Part shown: piece after piece, positions 1 to 12,443 of the stretch | How positions within the stretch are numbered: the stretch's first letter is position 1 | How the letters are laid out: every line of letters begins with the position of its first letter | Assembly: GCF_006345805.1 (NCBI RefSeq) | Contig: NC_043000.1 | Location: 10,416,001-10,480,000, forward strand | From: Octopus sinensis | Taxonomy: Eukaryota | Direction: 5' to 3' | Length of the DNA stretch: 64,000 bases | The notes under the pieces: generated by a model | Database searches by the model: none | Told to the model about the DNA's origin: nothing | Seen by the model: the letters and a program-made list of their open reading frames with translations, nothing else | Made by a program: the position numbers and the translations under genes

Positions 1-410
1 ACTTGGAGAATGGTTATACGAATTTCTAAAAGGAATAAGTCAGGTAATGGTAGCCAATAGAGCCACCTCCAAGGAATCGCAGACACTGGAATGGTGTTCC
101 ACAGGGCACTGTCTTAAGGCCACTGCTATTCATTGTGACCGTCTCAGACATCCCTAATTGCTCAGATAGTTACCCTTGCTAGCTATACAGGTGACACAAA
201 AGTCTTTCAAAGGAAACAGAACCCTGGGAATATTGTGCGCCTGCCACAGGAGTTGGTGGGCTGAGAACAACCACATGCAGTTTAATGCTGGAAAATTCCA
301 AGCCCCGGGCTACCAGCGCATAGGTCTGAATGAAATGCAGTTAGGATACATTAGGGCAGACAGGATTCGAAACCCTGAATCAAAATCAGGTGCATATTAC
401 TAATTTGGCA
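1..410 (+). mobile_element. Decayed CR1-clade LINE reverse-transcriptase fragment
   Basis: Frameshifted translation gives W-L-Y-E-F-L...GVPQGTVLRPLLFIV...YTGDTKV, matching the SGVPQGTVLGPLLF / FADDTK RT motifs. Confidence 0.7.
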
Positions 411-826
411 GTAAAATGGTAATATGATTAACAAATGGTTTCAGATCAAAAATTATACAGGCTTCAACAACAAGGGTTTATTTGGATCTGTTGCCACCAT
501 GCCTAAAGAACACAAGTTTCCTCAATACGAAAGTGATTTTCGCGGTGACTGTAGCAATAAGCTCCTTAAAAATATCCTTCTTGACTTCAGTTAATGAAAT
601 GATGAAGTTGTTATTACATTAGTTTGATACCGTGCGGGTTCGATCCGACTCACTACGCTCTCGGCTCAAATACTACCGAATTTAACTTTGCCTTTAACTC
701 TTTTACAGTCAATCAATAATGCACCTGTCCAGGGAAATAGATAAGCAAAATAATTAACAAGTGCATCGTAGTATCATTACTTATGCTTACTAATCTTCTC
801 TTTAAAACCTATATGCTTATTTCTTT

Positions 827-834
827 AAAAAAAA
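827..834 (-). terminator. Pol III oligo(T) terminator of tRNA-Thr
   Basis: A8 run on + (T8 on -) begins 13 nt after the tRNA 3' end. Confidence 0.75.
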
Positions 835-847
835 TAAACATAGGCGC

Positions 848-921
848 TGCCCCAAGTGAGATTCGAACTCACGACCCCTGGTTTACGAGACCAGTGCTCT
901 AAACCTCTGAGCTATTGGGGC
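848..921 (-). tRNA. tRNA-Thr(CGT)
   Basis: Reverse complement folds fully: acceptor GCCCCAA/TTGGGGC + discriminator A, D stem GCTC/GAGC, anticodon stem CTGGT/ACCAG with loop CT-CGT-AA, T stem GTGAG/CTCAC with TTCGAAT loop; oligo(T) terminator follows. Confidence 0.95.
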
Positions 922-1239
922 GCACTCTCCTGAGAAGCCACAGAAACAATCCATATACATTATGTATGATTTAGCCACTAATGGAGATATTGTTAACGTG
1001 TCAGATGTCCTAGTTAAAACCAGACTTTATAACGTGACATTCAGTCACTGCGTCAGCTGTGAAGGACATTATGTCTGCAAAGCACTGCTGCCGCTGCTGG
1101 TTGTGGTAGCGTTGGTGTTGCTGTTCGACTCCAGGTCAACTCTGATCAAGCAGAACTGTATAATTAGGGGCCTTCAAAAATCCACCAACCTGCGTTTATT
1201 TTTATTTTATTATTTTATTATTTATTTATTTATTACTTT

Positions 1240-1402
1240 GGTGGAGGTGAGGTGGAGGTGATGAAGTGGGGATGATGAGGTGGGGAGGTGAGGCGAGGAG
1301 TGATAAGGTGAGGGGTGATGGGGAGGGGTGATGGAGTGAGGGTTGATGAGGTGAGGGGTGATTGGGGGAGGGATGATGAGGGTCGGCGGGGAAGTGGGGA
1401 CC
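1240..1402 (+). repeat. G-rich purine low-complexity tract (GGTGA/GGGGA-like units)
   Basis: Many GG-GGGGG runs with short A/T spacers, almost no C on +. Confidence 0.75.
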
Positions 1403-1529
1403 ACGGCAGTTATTGAGTTTAGGATATCACTTTCACTTATGATCAATCAGAACTCACAATCATTTTATTTGGTAACTGCTAATAACTTTTTTTCCCTCTG
1501 AAGTCGTGGATATTCTTAACTCAAGAATC

Positions 1530-1759
1530 CTGTGTGTGTGTGTGTGTGTGGTGTGTGTGTGCGCGCGCGCGCGCGGGCGGGCGTGTATGTGTGTGCGATC
1601 GAGCACGTATATATTCGTAAATATATATACATACATATATATATATGTATGTATGTGTGTATATGTGTGTATACATATATATATACATATAATGTGGGTA
1701 TGTGTATATACATGTATGTGTGTGTATCTATACATATAATGTGTGTGTGTGTGTATATA

Positions 1760-1790
<31 letters not shown>

Positions 1791-2189
1791 ATGTATATAG
1801 CTATATATTAATATATATATATATATATACATATATGTGTGTGTGTACAAATATTTGCTTGTATGTATGTACGTACGTATGTATGTATGTATGTATGTAT
1901 GTATGTATGTATGTACGTACGTACGTATGTATGTATGTATGTATGTATGTATGTATGTATGTATGTATGTATGTATGTGTATGTATGTATGTGTATGTAT
2001 GTATGTATGTATGTGTATGTATGTATGTGTGTATGTATGTATGTATGTATGTATGTATGTGTATGTATGTATGTATGTATGTATGTATGTGTATGTATGT
2101 ATGTATGTATGTATGTATGTATGTATGTATGTATGTATGTATGTATGTGTATGTATGTATGTGTGTATGTATGTATGTATGTATGTATG

Positions 2190-2221
<32 letters not shown>

Positions 2222-2539
2222 TGTACGTACGTACGTATGTATGTATGTATGTATGTATGTATGTATGTATGTATGTATGTATGTGTGCATGTATGTATGT
2301 ATGTATGTATGTATGTATGTATGTATGTATGTATGTGTGTATGTATGTATGTGTGTGTGCATGTATGTATGTATGTATGTATGTATGTATGTATGTACGT
2401 ACGTACGTATGTATGTATGTATGTATGTATGTACGTACGTATGTATGTATGTATGTATGTATGTATGTATGTATGTATGTGTGCATGTATGTATGTATGT
2501 ATGTGTGCATGTATGTATGTATGTGTATGTATGTATGTA

Positions 2540-2572
<33 letters not shown>

Positions 2573-2578
2573 GTGTGT

Positions 2579-2632
<54 letters not shown>
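1530..2632. repeat. Compound microsatellite (TG)n/(CG)n/(TA)n/(TATG)n with TACG interruptions
   Basis: Directly visible; (TATG)n core about 1860-2570. Explains all overlapping HTYI/MYVC ORFs. Confidence 0.97.
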
Positions 2633-2634
<2 letters not shown>

Positions 2635-3220
2635 CATAACAAAAACAGCAGCTGCAACTACACCAAAAATAAACAACAGTGCAAAAAATTCAAGACTATT
2701 ATAAACAAGTCAGTCATATGCACGACTTCAGGAAAAGTTATCGGCTGCTAAACAAAATTATATTAACTGCTGATTGACAAGCGAAATTAACGTCTTCAAC
2801 TCAATGATCGTCGAGTGACTATACATTATTGAATATGAACTCCTTCTCCTCCTTATTTTTTCTTTACAAAAGCAGAGTGTGATCTGAGGGACATTTTGTT
2901 GCTATTTCTAATATGTTTATTCAATATATCGCTATTTTATTCACTTGCTGACTCAGACTCGCCCACCCACTCGACTGCGCTAAATCAATATTTTGAACTA
3001 TATATATGAGAACACCATATTTTGAATTATATATACGGAAGCTCCAAAGTCTTTTAAGTGCTTAGGGCCTGAATGGGTCTTAATCCGGCTCTGCTCGTGA
3101 AGTGATAGGATTGATTTAATTGACTAATCCCTACCCAAAATTTCTAACCTTGCGTATATATTAGACACAGATTAAGGGCAGTGGATTGCCAGTATCATTA
3201 GAATACCAAATAAAATACCT

Positions 3221-3620
3221 GGCTGTGTGGTAAGTAGCTTGCTTACCAACCACATGGTTTCGGGTTCAGTCTCATTGCGTGGCACCTTGGGCAAGTGTCT
3301 TCTGCTATAGTCTCGGGCCGACCAAAGCCTTGTGAGTGGATTTAGTAGACGGAAACTGAAAGAAGCCCGTTGTATATATATATATATATGTATGTGTGTG
3401 TATATGTTTGAGTGTCTGTGCCCCCCCCCCAACATCGCTTGACAACCGATACTGGTGTGTTTACGTCTCTGTGACTTAGCGGTTTGGCAAAAACAGACCG
3501 ATAGAATAAGAACTAGTCTTACAAAGAATAAGTCCTTGGGTCGATTGGCTCGACTAAAGGCGGTGCTCCAGCATGGCGGCAGGCAAATGACTGAAACAAG
3601 TAAAAGAGAAATAAAAGAGA
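3221..3620 (+). mobile_element. SINE family A (GGAGTGGCTGTGTGGTAAG head, internal TA/TG microsatellite, GAAACAAGTAAAAGAG tail)
   Basis: Near-identical to about a dozen other copies in the window; CORE-like CCTTGGGCAAGTGTCTT segment. Confidence 0.85.
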
Positions 3621-3890
3621 AAAGATGCATTTGGCCACGGTAAAAGTTGAGATTTCAAATCATGCCATGCTCAAGTTTACCCTTCATGCTTCAAGGAGTC
3701 AGAAAATAAAGTATTAATCAAAAACTGAGATCGATGGTATCGACCAGCTCTCACTTTCCAAAATTTCAGGCTTTGTGCCTCTGCTAGACACATTCGGATA
3801 TGGCGAGGTTGGTTAAACTGGCAGAATTACGAGAATGTCGGACAAAATACCTTGTGGGTATTCGTTTTGATTTCAAACCCTATCGACGTC

Positions 3891-4406
3891 TACCGTAAAT
3901 CCTCGAGTATAATCCGCATTTTTTCCCCAAAATTTAAAGGTCAAAATCCCTAGTGCGTTCTATATACGAGGTTAAAAATGAAAATTATTATCTAAGCAAT
4001 GTCCGAGTCTCTATTTGCTGTCCGGCAATGTTTATTCCGACGCATTTTGTGATGCCGAGCGCGAAAATACCTTAAGCTAAGCCTGAAAGCAATGAAGTCA
4101 TAAAAGAATCATCCGTAACTTGCAGTAAGCAACATTTATTAAACGTTATTACTGTTATTTCTTTATTTTCTGCACACAAAATGCACAAAAAAGCTACACG
4201 TTTGCATTATGTTATATATACAATAATAACAAAGGACGTTACTGTATACATTTTTTACAAACCAAGGACATTATATAGACCTCCTTGACTCAAGTTAGAG
4301 AAGAGGTGCGTATTATACTCAAGGTTCAGGTTTTTCAGAGGTACAGCCCCTAAAAATCCCCTGCGTATTATACTCAACGGCGGACTATACTCAAGGATTT
4401 ACGGTA
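3891..4406. mobile_element. Tc1/pogo-type MITE
   Basis: Terminal inverted repeats TACCGTAAATCCTCGAGTATA / TATACTCAAGGATTTACGGTA including TA ends; second copy at 62170-62686. Confidence 0.85.
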
Positions 4407-4899
4407 CTTATTCTTCTAGGATCGATAAACAAAGTACCAGAGAGAAGATCCAGCAAAAAATCCACTATCCTTTTTCCTACTGCCATTAATACTGGGAAAT
4501 TTCCTTTTTAAGTTTGCACAAAGCAACACTTATCGCACTGAAAGCAGGCTGTGTATCAATTTGATAATCAATTTATTAGAATTTGTTGGATGATTTAATA
4601 TGCGATATTTTAAAGACCACTAATATATCCATGCTACAAATGAAGAAAGTTATTTGGATATTTAATAATGTACGTACGTACGTATGGATGTATGTATGTA
4701 TGTATGTCATTATTCAATTTTATTTCAAGTTTTCTTCTCGAAAGAGGAAGAGTTGGTTTTTAACGTGGATCCAAGGCTCTTTTATTGGAATTTCAACAAC
4801 AACGGTATCTTTGTAAGTACGTCCGTACGTATGTATGTATGTATGTATGTATACGTGCAGACTTGTATATTTTATTATATGTATGTTTTCTCATGCATA

Positions 4900-5060
4900 T
4901 ACTTGCATACCTAGACATACTCATATACACTTAAATGATAAACTTCTGGAAAGTTTTACAGATTTTTACAGTTCCAGTGATGGGTTGGATCTGTAGTCTT
5001 CGAATTAGCTTTCTTCTTTCTGGTTTTGAGAAACCTAATTTCTCAAGATTGGTATTTAAG
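4900..5060 (-). mobile_element. 3' end of a non-LTR retrotransposon ORF (possibly RLE-type)
   Basis: Minus strand reads LEKLGFSKPERRKLIRRLQIQPITGTVKICKTFQKFII*, followed by a simple tail; clade assignment uncertain. Confidence 0.45.
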
Positions 5061-5714
5061 CAGTGTGTTAAGCATAGCGTTATTTCGTCCGTCTTCATGT
5101 TCTGAGTTCAAATTCCACCGAGGTCGACTTTTCCTTTCATCCTTTCGGGGTCGATAAAATAAGTACCCGTTGAATACTGGGGTCGATGTAATCGACTACC
5201 CACCACTCCGAATTTGCCGACCTGGTGCCAAAATTTGAAACAAATATATCCAATATGTGTGTGTAACTTGATTTACAGCTGCAGTAGATACCGACGTGGG
5301 GGAGATAAACTCATAAAATTGTTAACAAAGGCGTTTTTAAGTATCTTGTCAGCAGGAGAACCGCAAGATCTAAGTTATCTCATGGCAACTATTGAAAATT
5401 TAATTTGATATGCTCTTTAACCAAGATATGTTTCTCAGCAGGCTTATACCAGCACGTTTTCAGCTTTGTTCTATTAGTTTTGGCACCTCTCCTAATGAAA
5501 ACAGCTATTCGCTCGATTATGTTGGCTCGGTACCTTTTAGGTTAGTCACAATTTAGTTGCCTATTTGTTCGTTTGCTATGACAAATAATCCTTATCATTT
5601 CAGTTGCTAATTCGAAGCTGTTCAATCATTTCAAACTTTCCTTGGGGTGTCATGGACCACAAAGAATTTTCAAGTCATTCTCTATCGCTTCAGAACTGAG
5701 GGTGGGTGAGGAAT

Positions 5715-6125
5715 TGCTTAAGTACATACATCATCTCCAATTTCCCCAACAGCAGAACGGGGCGCCACTGCATGGTGCCAAAGATCCCAACGTCACCATC
5801 AAAATTCAGGACCAGATACTGCAAAAGCTTGGGTTTCAGGGGACCACAGCTCTTCAATATCCTTCCTAAATGCCTGAGAGACCTGCATGGTGTGGATGTG
5901 GGTTTCTTTAAACTGGATCTCTTCTTGTCAGGGGTTCCAGATGAACCTACCTCTCGGCAGGAAGCACAGATGCGGGCAGCGGCATCGAACTCCCTTGTTG
6001 ATCAAGTGTCACGTATTAGAGGTGGTTTCACATACTAGTGTAGCTCATTCAACGGTGGTGCCCCAGCATAGCCGCAGCTTTCGGGCTGAAACATTTTTAA
6101 GGGTTTAAGGAATTAAGAATTATAA
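5715..6125 (+). mobile_element. CR1/L2-clade LINE 3' end
   Basis: ORF 5706-6038 contains GFRGPQLFNILPKCLRD...FKLDLFLSGVPDEP, typical of CR1-group C-termini; A-rich tail follows. Confidence 0.8.
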
Positions 6126-7481
6126 ATAAAAATGAAAAGAAAAAAGAAGTGCATTTAAACCACTAAAGGGTTATCAGTGGGATTAAATACATCCGTGGTA
6201 ATTGACTTAATTTGACTTTTATTATTAGCATAATAATTTGTTCTACTAAAGACACAAAGTTTGTGTTTCGTTGGTTATAAGATTTGGTGTCAGTTTATAT
6301 ACAACATTATTGCTACGTTCTTTTGCCTTTTCTTTTTTAACAAGGCTTCATGGAAATACTGAGTCAATCATATATGAACATCATGTTTTACTGATGCTAG
6401 AGTTCTTCACGAATAATTGATGATTTGGCTGATCTTTCACGTTGCAACGATACGTATGGCTGCGTTGATTCTTCATCCATCTCCGAGTTCGGTTAGGGAA
6501 ATCGTGCTGACTTGAGTATTAAGCTGTGAAAGTAGCTATGAGAGAGGAATTAACCGGGGATCATAACGAACGAGATATCAATACCCTCTGGCTTTTCGCG
6601 CTAAAAATACCTGTTTATAAGGCTTTCGTTGAAAGAAAATGCTAGAACTATAACATGAACAATGAGTTCTAATTGGCTGAAATGAGGTCTGCTTGCATGA
6701 TAAACTTGTAATTTAAATTCGATCGGAAATAGAGTTGAAGTCAACTACCATACCTGAAATTTTAGGAGAGGGGGCTAGTCAATTACATCGACCTCAGTGC
6801 TCAACTGATAACTTATTTTATCGACTTCTCCAAAAGGATGAAAACCAAAATCGACCTCGGCGGAATTTCATGTCAGAACGTAAAGCCAGGAGAAATGCCA
6901 CTAAGCATTTTGTCCCGTGTGCTAACGATTCTGCCATTTTCATTCACTTGTTTTCGAGAGCTGCTACAGCTTAATGGAAGGCACTGAAAAGTTTCTCTGA
7001 AGCCAATGCTTGGTTTAAAAAAAAAAGGTGGGTGGGGGCACTCCCATACGATTTTCATCTTAAGTGCGATTCTGAAAGATTCTATGGAAACCTCTAGATT
7101 TCCATCTGATACTTCTGGGGTCAAATGAAACAGACCACAAATGACGCCAGAACCTGATCAGAGGACACAGAGGGTGATCTCGGATACAGAGGGTTTCTCT
7201 CTCTCTCCCTCGTCCTTTTAACCATAAAACAATAGTCAGTGTTTCCTTAATCGGATAACGCTATGCTATCACTGTTAAAATACTTCACCTAACTCCCTCG
7301 TCAGTATGCTGTATTACCTCAAGCAGGACTAGATTATCTCCTTCTTGAAGCAGATAATAAAAATTAATGTACTGGAAGTTACGCGAGTGACGAATGTCCT
7401 TCAGATTATTTTCACATGACAAACTTGGCTTATCACTGCATTCCAAAATTAATAAGAAATAAGAATGACGTTCTTTTCCTT

Positions 7482-7494
7482 GTTGCCCAGCAAC
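7482..7494. promoter_or_regulatory. RFX X-box upstream of CFAP107
   Basis: GTTGCC-C-AGCAAC fits GTNRCC(N0-3)RGYAAC exactly; 142 bp 5' of the ATG of an axonemal gene. Confidence 0.7.
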
Positions 7495-7635
7495 GGTTCC
7501 TAACGCTTAGCAAACACTTTACACTTAAGTCTTTTCGTAGAAAGAACGAACAAGTATTATCAGCATTTGTCAATTCCCAGAATAAATTGCTTAATAGAAG
7601 GCTATATTTCTATACTTATAATTACCATTATTATC

Positions 7636-7869
7636 ATGGATCTAAAGTTAAAAGACAACCCTCACAATTATCAAGTCAATCGTTTGCCACCCGTGTCATC
7701 AGGTTTAACAAGGGACGTAAATGTTTGTCACCCTGGAGGCTTGTACTATCAAAGGACTATAGACCTGGGCTATATGCAGCCTCCTGGTGTTAATGACCCC
7801 AGTTGGAAGCTAGAAAAATATTTTTCTCCCATAGTGTTGACTGGAAACTGGACTGAGAATAGACTATCG
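7636..7869 (+). CDS. CFAP107: CFAP107 (C1orf158) exon 1
   Basis: MDLKLKD...PSWKLEKYFSPIVLTGNWTENRLS resembles human PSWQIETKYSTKVLTGNWMEERR; donor GTGAG at 7870, phase 0. Start could alternatively be M47 at 7774. Confidence 0.85.
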
Positions 7870-10154
7870 GTGAGGTTTGAACTTATACACAATAGAATAA
7901 GTTATTTTTGTTTCTTTAGTTGCTTTGATGTTACATCTTTATTCTTAACACCATGTCTCCCTCGCCTAACCTTACTGAAACATCGTGTTTCCTTTCACAC
8001 CATCCTACACTCAGTTATGAACACAACTAAATCATTTCTTTCTAATATCTATACTCTTTCTCACTTTCCATGTATCTTTACTGCTCGACGCTTCTCCAGA
8101 ATCTCATCTCTTAATGACACTCTTCTCATTCATGTTTCCCGCTGGATATCAACCTACAACAACAGAGATTGTAAAACATCCTAATGCGAATTTCACTTGA
8201 CTGATCATTCTATCTTTATTGTAGGATTAAAATTCAGCTCTTAAAACGTGATCTATACTGTAAAGATGGTTAGGTATTTGTTGAGTGATGCTTGGCTGCT
8301 GCGTTGAGCAATTTGAATGATTCCGTAGGAGTTTCACATGGAACTCCGTGGGTTTTGTGTTTATATAAGTTAATGTATCGTAACAAAGTCTATTAACTTT
8401 GAATATATTTTATGTTGTTTAGCTCAGAATCAGGGCTTTCCCAATTGTGACTTCCCATTTTTTAGGAGCATCTAGGACCCACAGTATTATAAGATATAGC
8501 CTTTTCGTTTTAAGACAGTGGCTGTATATTTAAGTGATATTTTGCCGGTATTTCTAGTTGATCGAGTAAGAGTTGTTTTCACTGGTCCACCCAGTGTGCT
8601 TTTGCATATATGATATACTAGTACAGACAGGGCTGGATTTATATATGAGCTATGGTTCAAGGGCCTCCAAGCTTGGGTTAGGGACCTTGAACTCAGAGAA
8701 GCCTAAAGCTTGAAGTTAAAAATTAAAAAATACATTTACAGCGATCAAATAAAAATTCGTAATTTTTAAAATTTCCTATAGTGTTCTTTTCAAAATTATG
8801 GAGCCCACTTTAGATTTACTGGGCCCTTTTAAATTTAGAAAGCCATAAAATCTAGCTGAATCCCTCTAAATCTACCTTTAGGGGCGTTTCTTCAAACTGT
8901 GTGTGACACCTATCTTGTTTTTTGAATTAGCTCTTTAAAAGTAGTGCCTTTTGTTTTGTTTTTTTAATACTTTGACCATGTTTTCTACTCTTATAATCAG
9001 GGGGCAATCGGGACCAATACATTATCCAAACATCAACATGTCAGAAAATGTTGGAATTTGTTAAACTTATGGAATACGCAAAAACGTTTTAGGAAAATGC
9101 AGAATTGATTGAAATTATATATGTTCTTTGTATTTAGATTATTTACAAAGTTATATTTGTTTTTACAATGCACATTCCGATTGTTTACATCTAAACAGTT
9201 GAAAATTACATACGCAAAATCGTAAGGGCCTTCAAAACCTATTGACTTAGGGGCCCCACTTGGGCTAAATCCGGTCTTACATCGCACATATGTAAAGCAG
9301 CGAGATGAAAAATGTTGGTCAACGGAGATTATCCAAACAATTCGTAAACAAAAACTTTTTTTAGTGGGTGGGCAGTAACGCCTCCTTGAGAACGCTATGA
9401 ATTCACAAGGGGCGACAAATGTCAAGGAGATGCTGGGTGTTTAGTGAGGTTCGTGATTTTTCTTGGAAATAAAATACTTAAACCAGATTCAATACTTGTA
9501 TTTTAAACACAATTTCAAAAAAAATCTTTGGCAGATTAAAATGTGAATAGGATATAACCGACGTCTTTTTATATTTGGACATAACTATCGTTCTATTATC
9601 GTCCTAACATAACTGACGATGTAGCAAAGTGCACTTTGGTAATAAGTCCTTGCCTTCTTTAATAATCTCCCTTAGAAATTTAATTATGTCGGGTGGAGTG
9701 GGGTATTTATCTTTGCGAATATCTAAAGAGAGACACAAGGATACAAGTAAGAACTTGTTTGATTAGAATTTCTAAAATATCATTGTGAAAGAGGGTACTG
9801 GGGGATACAAAACTTTAGAACTACTGATTAAAAATTAAGATAATGCAAATAGAGTGAAGCTTATCTTTAAAAGCAACTGTTGAAAGCAGCAGAGATGTCT
9901 GTCTTCATCTACAGTTATGCTCCTAGCACAAGGATCATAGTGTCTTCATGATATAAAAGATAAATGCCTGCAAAGTGGGGTTGGGGTTTGGGTGTAGGTA
10001 GCAAACCTGAGCACCAAACTGTAAATCCGTTAATCATTAATTAATAAAGCTAACGTTTTCGTTAACAATTTAACTTTTGAGTTAACTTTGAAAATTATTA
10101 TTGGACTAATTAACTTCTGTTAACTCAAGTCTGCCTGAGTTAATTTCCACTAAC

Positions 10155-10790
10155 TCAAGTTACTACGATGATCTTTAGGTTCAAGGACTTGAAATCCAAG
10201 GGCTTCGTCTACTGCAGCCCCTTGGTTGGCGCACTTTTGGCAAGCATTGACAAAAAGTTTAGAACCCTCCTGGAGGATGAGGAATGCCAGCTGGCTGCTG
10301 CCTTCCACCCCAAGCTTCACCTCATCTCGTTGGATAAGTATGACAACACCAAGGTTGCCAAGGTGGGGAAAAGCATGGAGGGTAAGGTCAAGGAGGCCAT
10401 GAAGCAGCAGTCTGATGAAGTGAGCTGCAACAAGAAAGAGGAGGAATATGACTTCTTTGGTTGTGTCACCCAGCCTAAAGAGAGCAGTAATAGCCACAGG
10501 ACACTCAAGGACAAGGCCCAGAATTTGGTCAAGACCTGGTTGGTGACCAACTCCAAGGACTTGTTGACAGATACTGCCTTCTTGAGTGAGCAAATGTTGG
10601 TGGACTTGTACATCATGTTCAACACAGCCATCCCCTCTATGCTACAGTGGAGCATTTGTTCTCTATGGGTAAGGACATTTTGAGGGCCAAGAGACCATAC
10701 CTGTCTGATGAAAACTTTGAGATGCTAATTTGCATGAAGGGCAACATACATCTCATGAACAAAATGGAAAACAAGAACAAGAGGAAAATT
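10155..10790 (+). mobile_element. hAT transposase C-terminal fragment (frameshifted)
   Basis: LAAAFHPK...LYIMFNTAIPS then RAKRPYLSDENFEMLICMKGN in another frame: hAT dimerisation domain. Confidence 0.8.
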
Positions 10791-11368
10791 TAAATTATGT
10801 ATACCAGTTTGGCCAAAAGTCACCTGACGGTAAATAAAAATACTACTTAAGTCCAAGATTAAAACAAAAAATTATTTTATATGAGACTTTGCTAATAAAC
10901 AGACAAATGTTGAAAAAAAAATCAGTGATTTTAACTCACAGCATTCAATTATTAAACATTCATAAATAAAATTGAATATTTAGTATTTATGGAATTTTGA
11001 TTTACTGTCAGGGGATTTTTGGCCAACCCTGTATATCGTATTTTTCATTTAAAAAAAATTTTTATGGACACTTTATCAATAAACTTTTTTAATTTAATAC
11101 TAATACTGTGTTTCATTTGAGTTTGTTTTTTTTTTTACTCTTTTCTGGCTCTAAAAGCCTTTAAAAACCTAAAATATGGCCAAAACTATGAAGTCAGCCT
11201 TTTTTAGGTCTTTTAAAAGATAAAACTATAAAATCAACATTTTTTAACTCTAAAGCAAAAAAAAAAAAAAAACTATAGTTTTGGGGTTCTAAAGACCAAA
11301 CAAGGCTGATTTTATAGTTTTGACACTTTTTAAAGGTGTTTTTAGGTGGTTTTAGAGCAAAAACTGAT

Positions 11369-11415
11369 TTATATATATATATATGTATATATATGTATAT
11401 ATATATGTATATATA

Positions 11416-11475
<60 letters not shown>

Positions 11476-11488
11476 TATACATACATAT
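11369..11488. repeat. (TA)n microsatellite
   Basis: Directly visible. Confidence 0.95.
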
Positions 11489-11700
11489 ATCATCATCATC
11501 ATCGTTTAACATCTGTTTTCCGTGCTAGCATGGGTTGGACGGTTTGACCGGGGTCGGGGAAGCCAGGAGGCTGCACCAGGCTCCAGTCTGATCTGGCAGT
11601 GTTTCTACAACTGGATGCCCTTCCTAATACCAACCACTCCATGAGTGTAGTGGGTGCTTTTTACGTGCCACCAACATGGAAGCCAGTCAAGGCGGGATAC
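11489..11700 (-). mobile_element. SINE family B (RTE-like 3' tail ...GGACGTTAAACGATGATGAT)
   Basis: Matches many copies in the window; (GAT)n tail. Confidence 0.8.
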
Positions 11701-12120
11701 ATACATACATATATATATATGTATATACATACATACATATATATTTTTCTGTACTTGTTTCAGTCATTTGACTGCGGCCATGCTGGAGCACCGCCTTTTA
11801 GAGTGGTGAAAGAGTACAGCAGGGATCACCACCTCCTGCCGGAGCCTCGTGGAGCTTTTAGGTGTTTTCGCTCAATAAACACACACAACGCCCGGTCTGG
11901 GAATCGAAACCGCGATCCTCCGACCGCAAGTCCGCTGCCCTAACCACTAGGCCATATATATATATATATTATGTGAAATAGAAAGATGAATAATCTTGTT
12001 GCAGATTAATCAAAAGTTTAACCGATACCTTGGTAGCAAAAATCATAGCAGAAGACAGCACGGTTGGAGGTAAACCATATGGTGTTGCAACCGTGCGTTG
12101 GTGCGGATAATTGAATATTA

Positions 12121-12443
12121 ATATTATTAGTGAATTGAAGAAATGGAGTTGAACGAAGATTGAACAGAAATCGTTTTATTTCATTCTACACGTGTTTCGA
12201 AAGGCACAATTTACCAAATTCCGATTGAATAATGAGACCATATTGTGTCTTTCTCTTCAGGAAGAAATAGGAAATCCGTTGGAAAAAACAAAAACGGAGC
12301 AAAACAAATCGAACGAGGCTCCTAAGAGCCCATGGCCAAACCAAATTTGGTAAATTGTGCCTTTCGAAACACGTGTAGAATGAAATAAAACGATTTCTGT
12401 TCAATCTTCGTTCAACTCCATTTCTTCAATTCACTAATAATAT
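12121..12443. mobile_element. Penelope-like inverted terminal structure: two identical 100-bp inverted arms (12121-12220, 12344-12443)
   Basis: Base-by-base comparison shows 100/100 identity; contains a hammerhead motif and AATAAA. Confidence 0.8.
12178..12268 (-). ncRNA. Minimal type-I hammerhead ribozyme, canonical core
   Basis: AUUUC-UUC | CUGAAGA | stem II GAAAGACACAAU/AUUGUGCCUUUC (11 of 12 bp) | GAAAC-AC-GU-GUA | GAA-U-GAAAU; predicted cut between 12187 and 12186. Confidence 0.85.

Noticed and set aside
1506-2751. Overlapping 180-390 aa ORFs on both strands
   Set aside because: Pure translation of stop-free microsatellite (MYVC/HTYI).
7245-7325. CTGACGA ... GAAAC on the minus strand
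   Set aside because: No stem II closing pair and no NUH/stem I.
7870-8184. Remainder of ORF 7567-8184
   Set aside because: CFAP107 similarity ends at a GTGAG donor; the rest is intronic read-through. The TTG-start extension is also unsupported.
12300-12390. Second hammerhead on the + arm of the 12 kb palindrome
   Set aside because: Only the 3' half is duplicated; upstream CCTAAGA is not a valid core.
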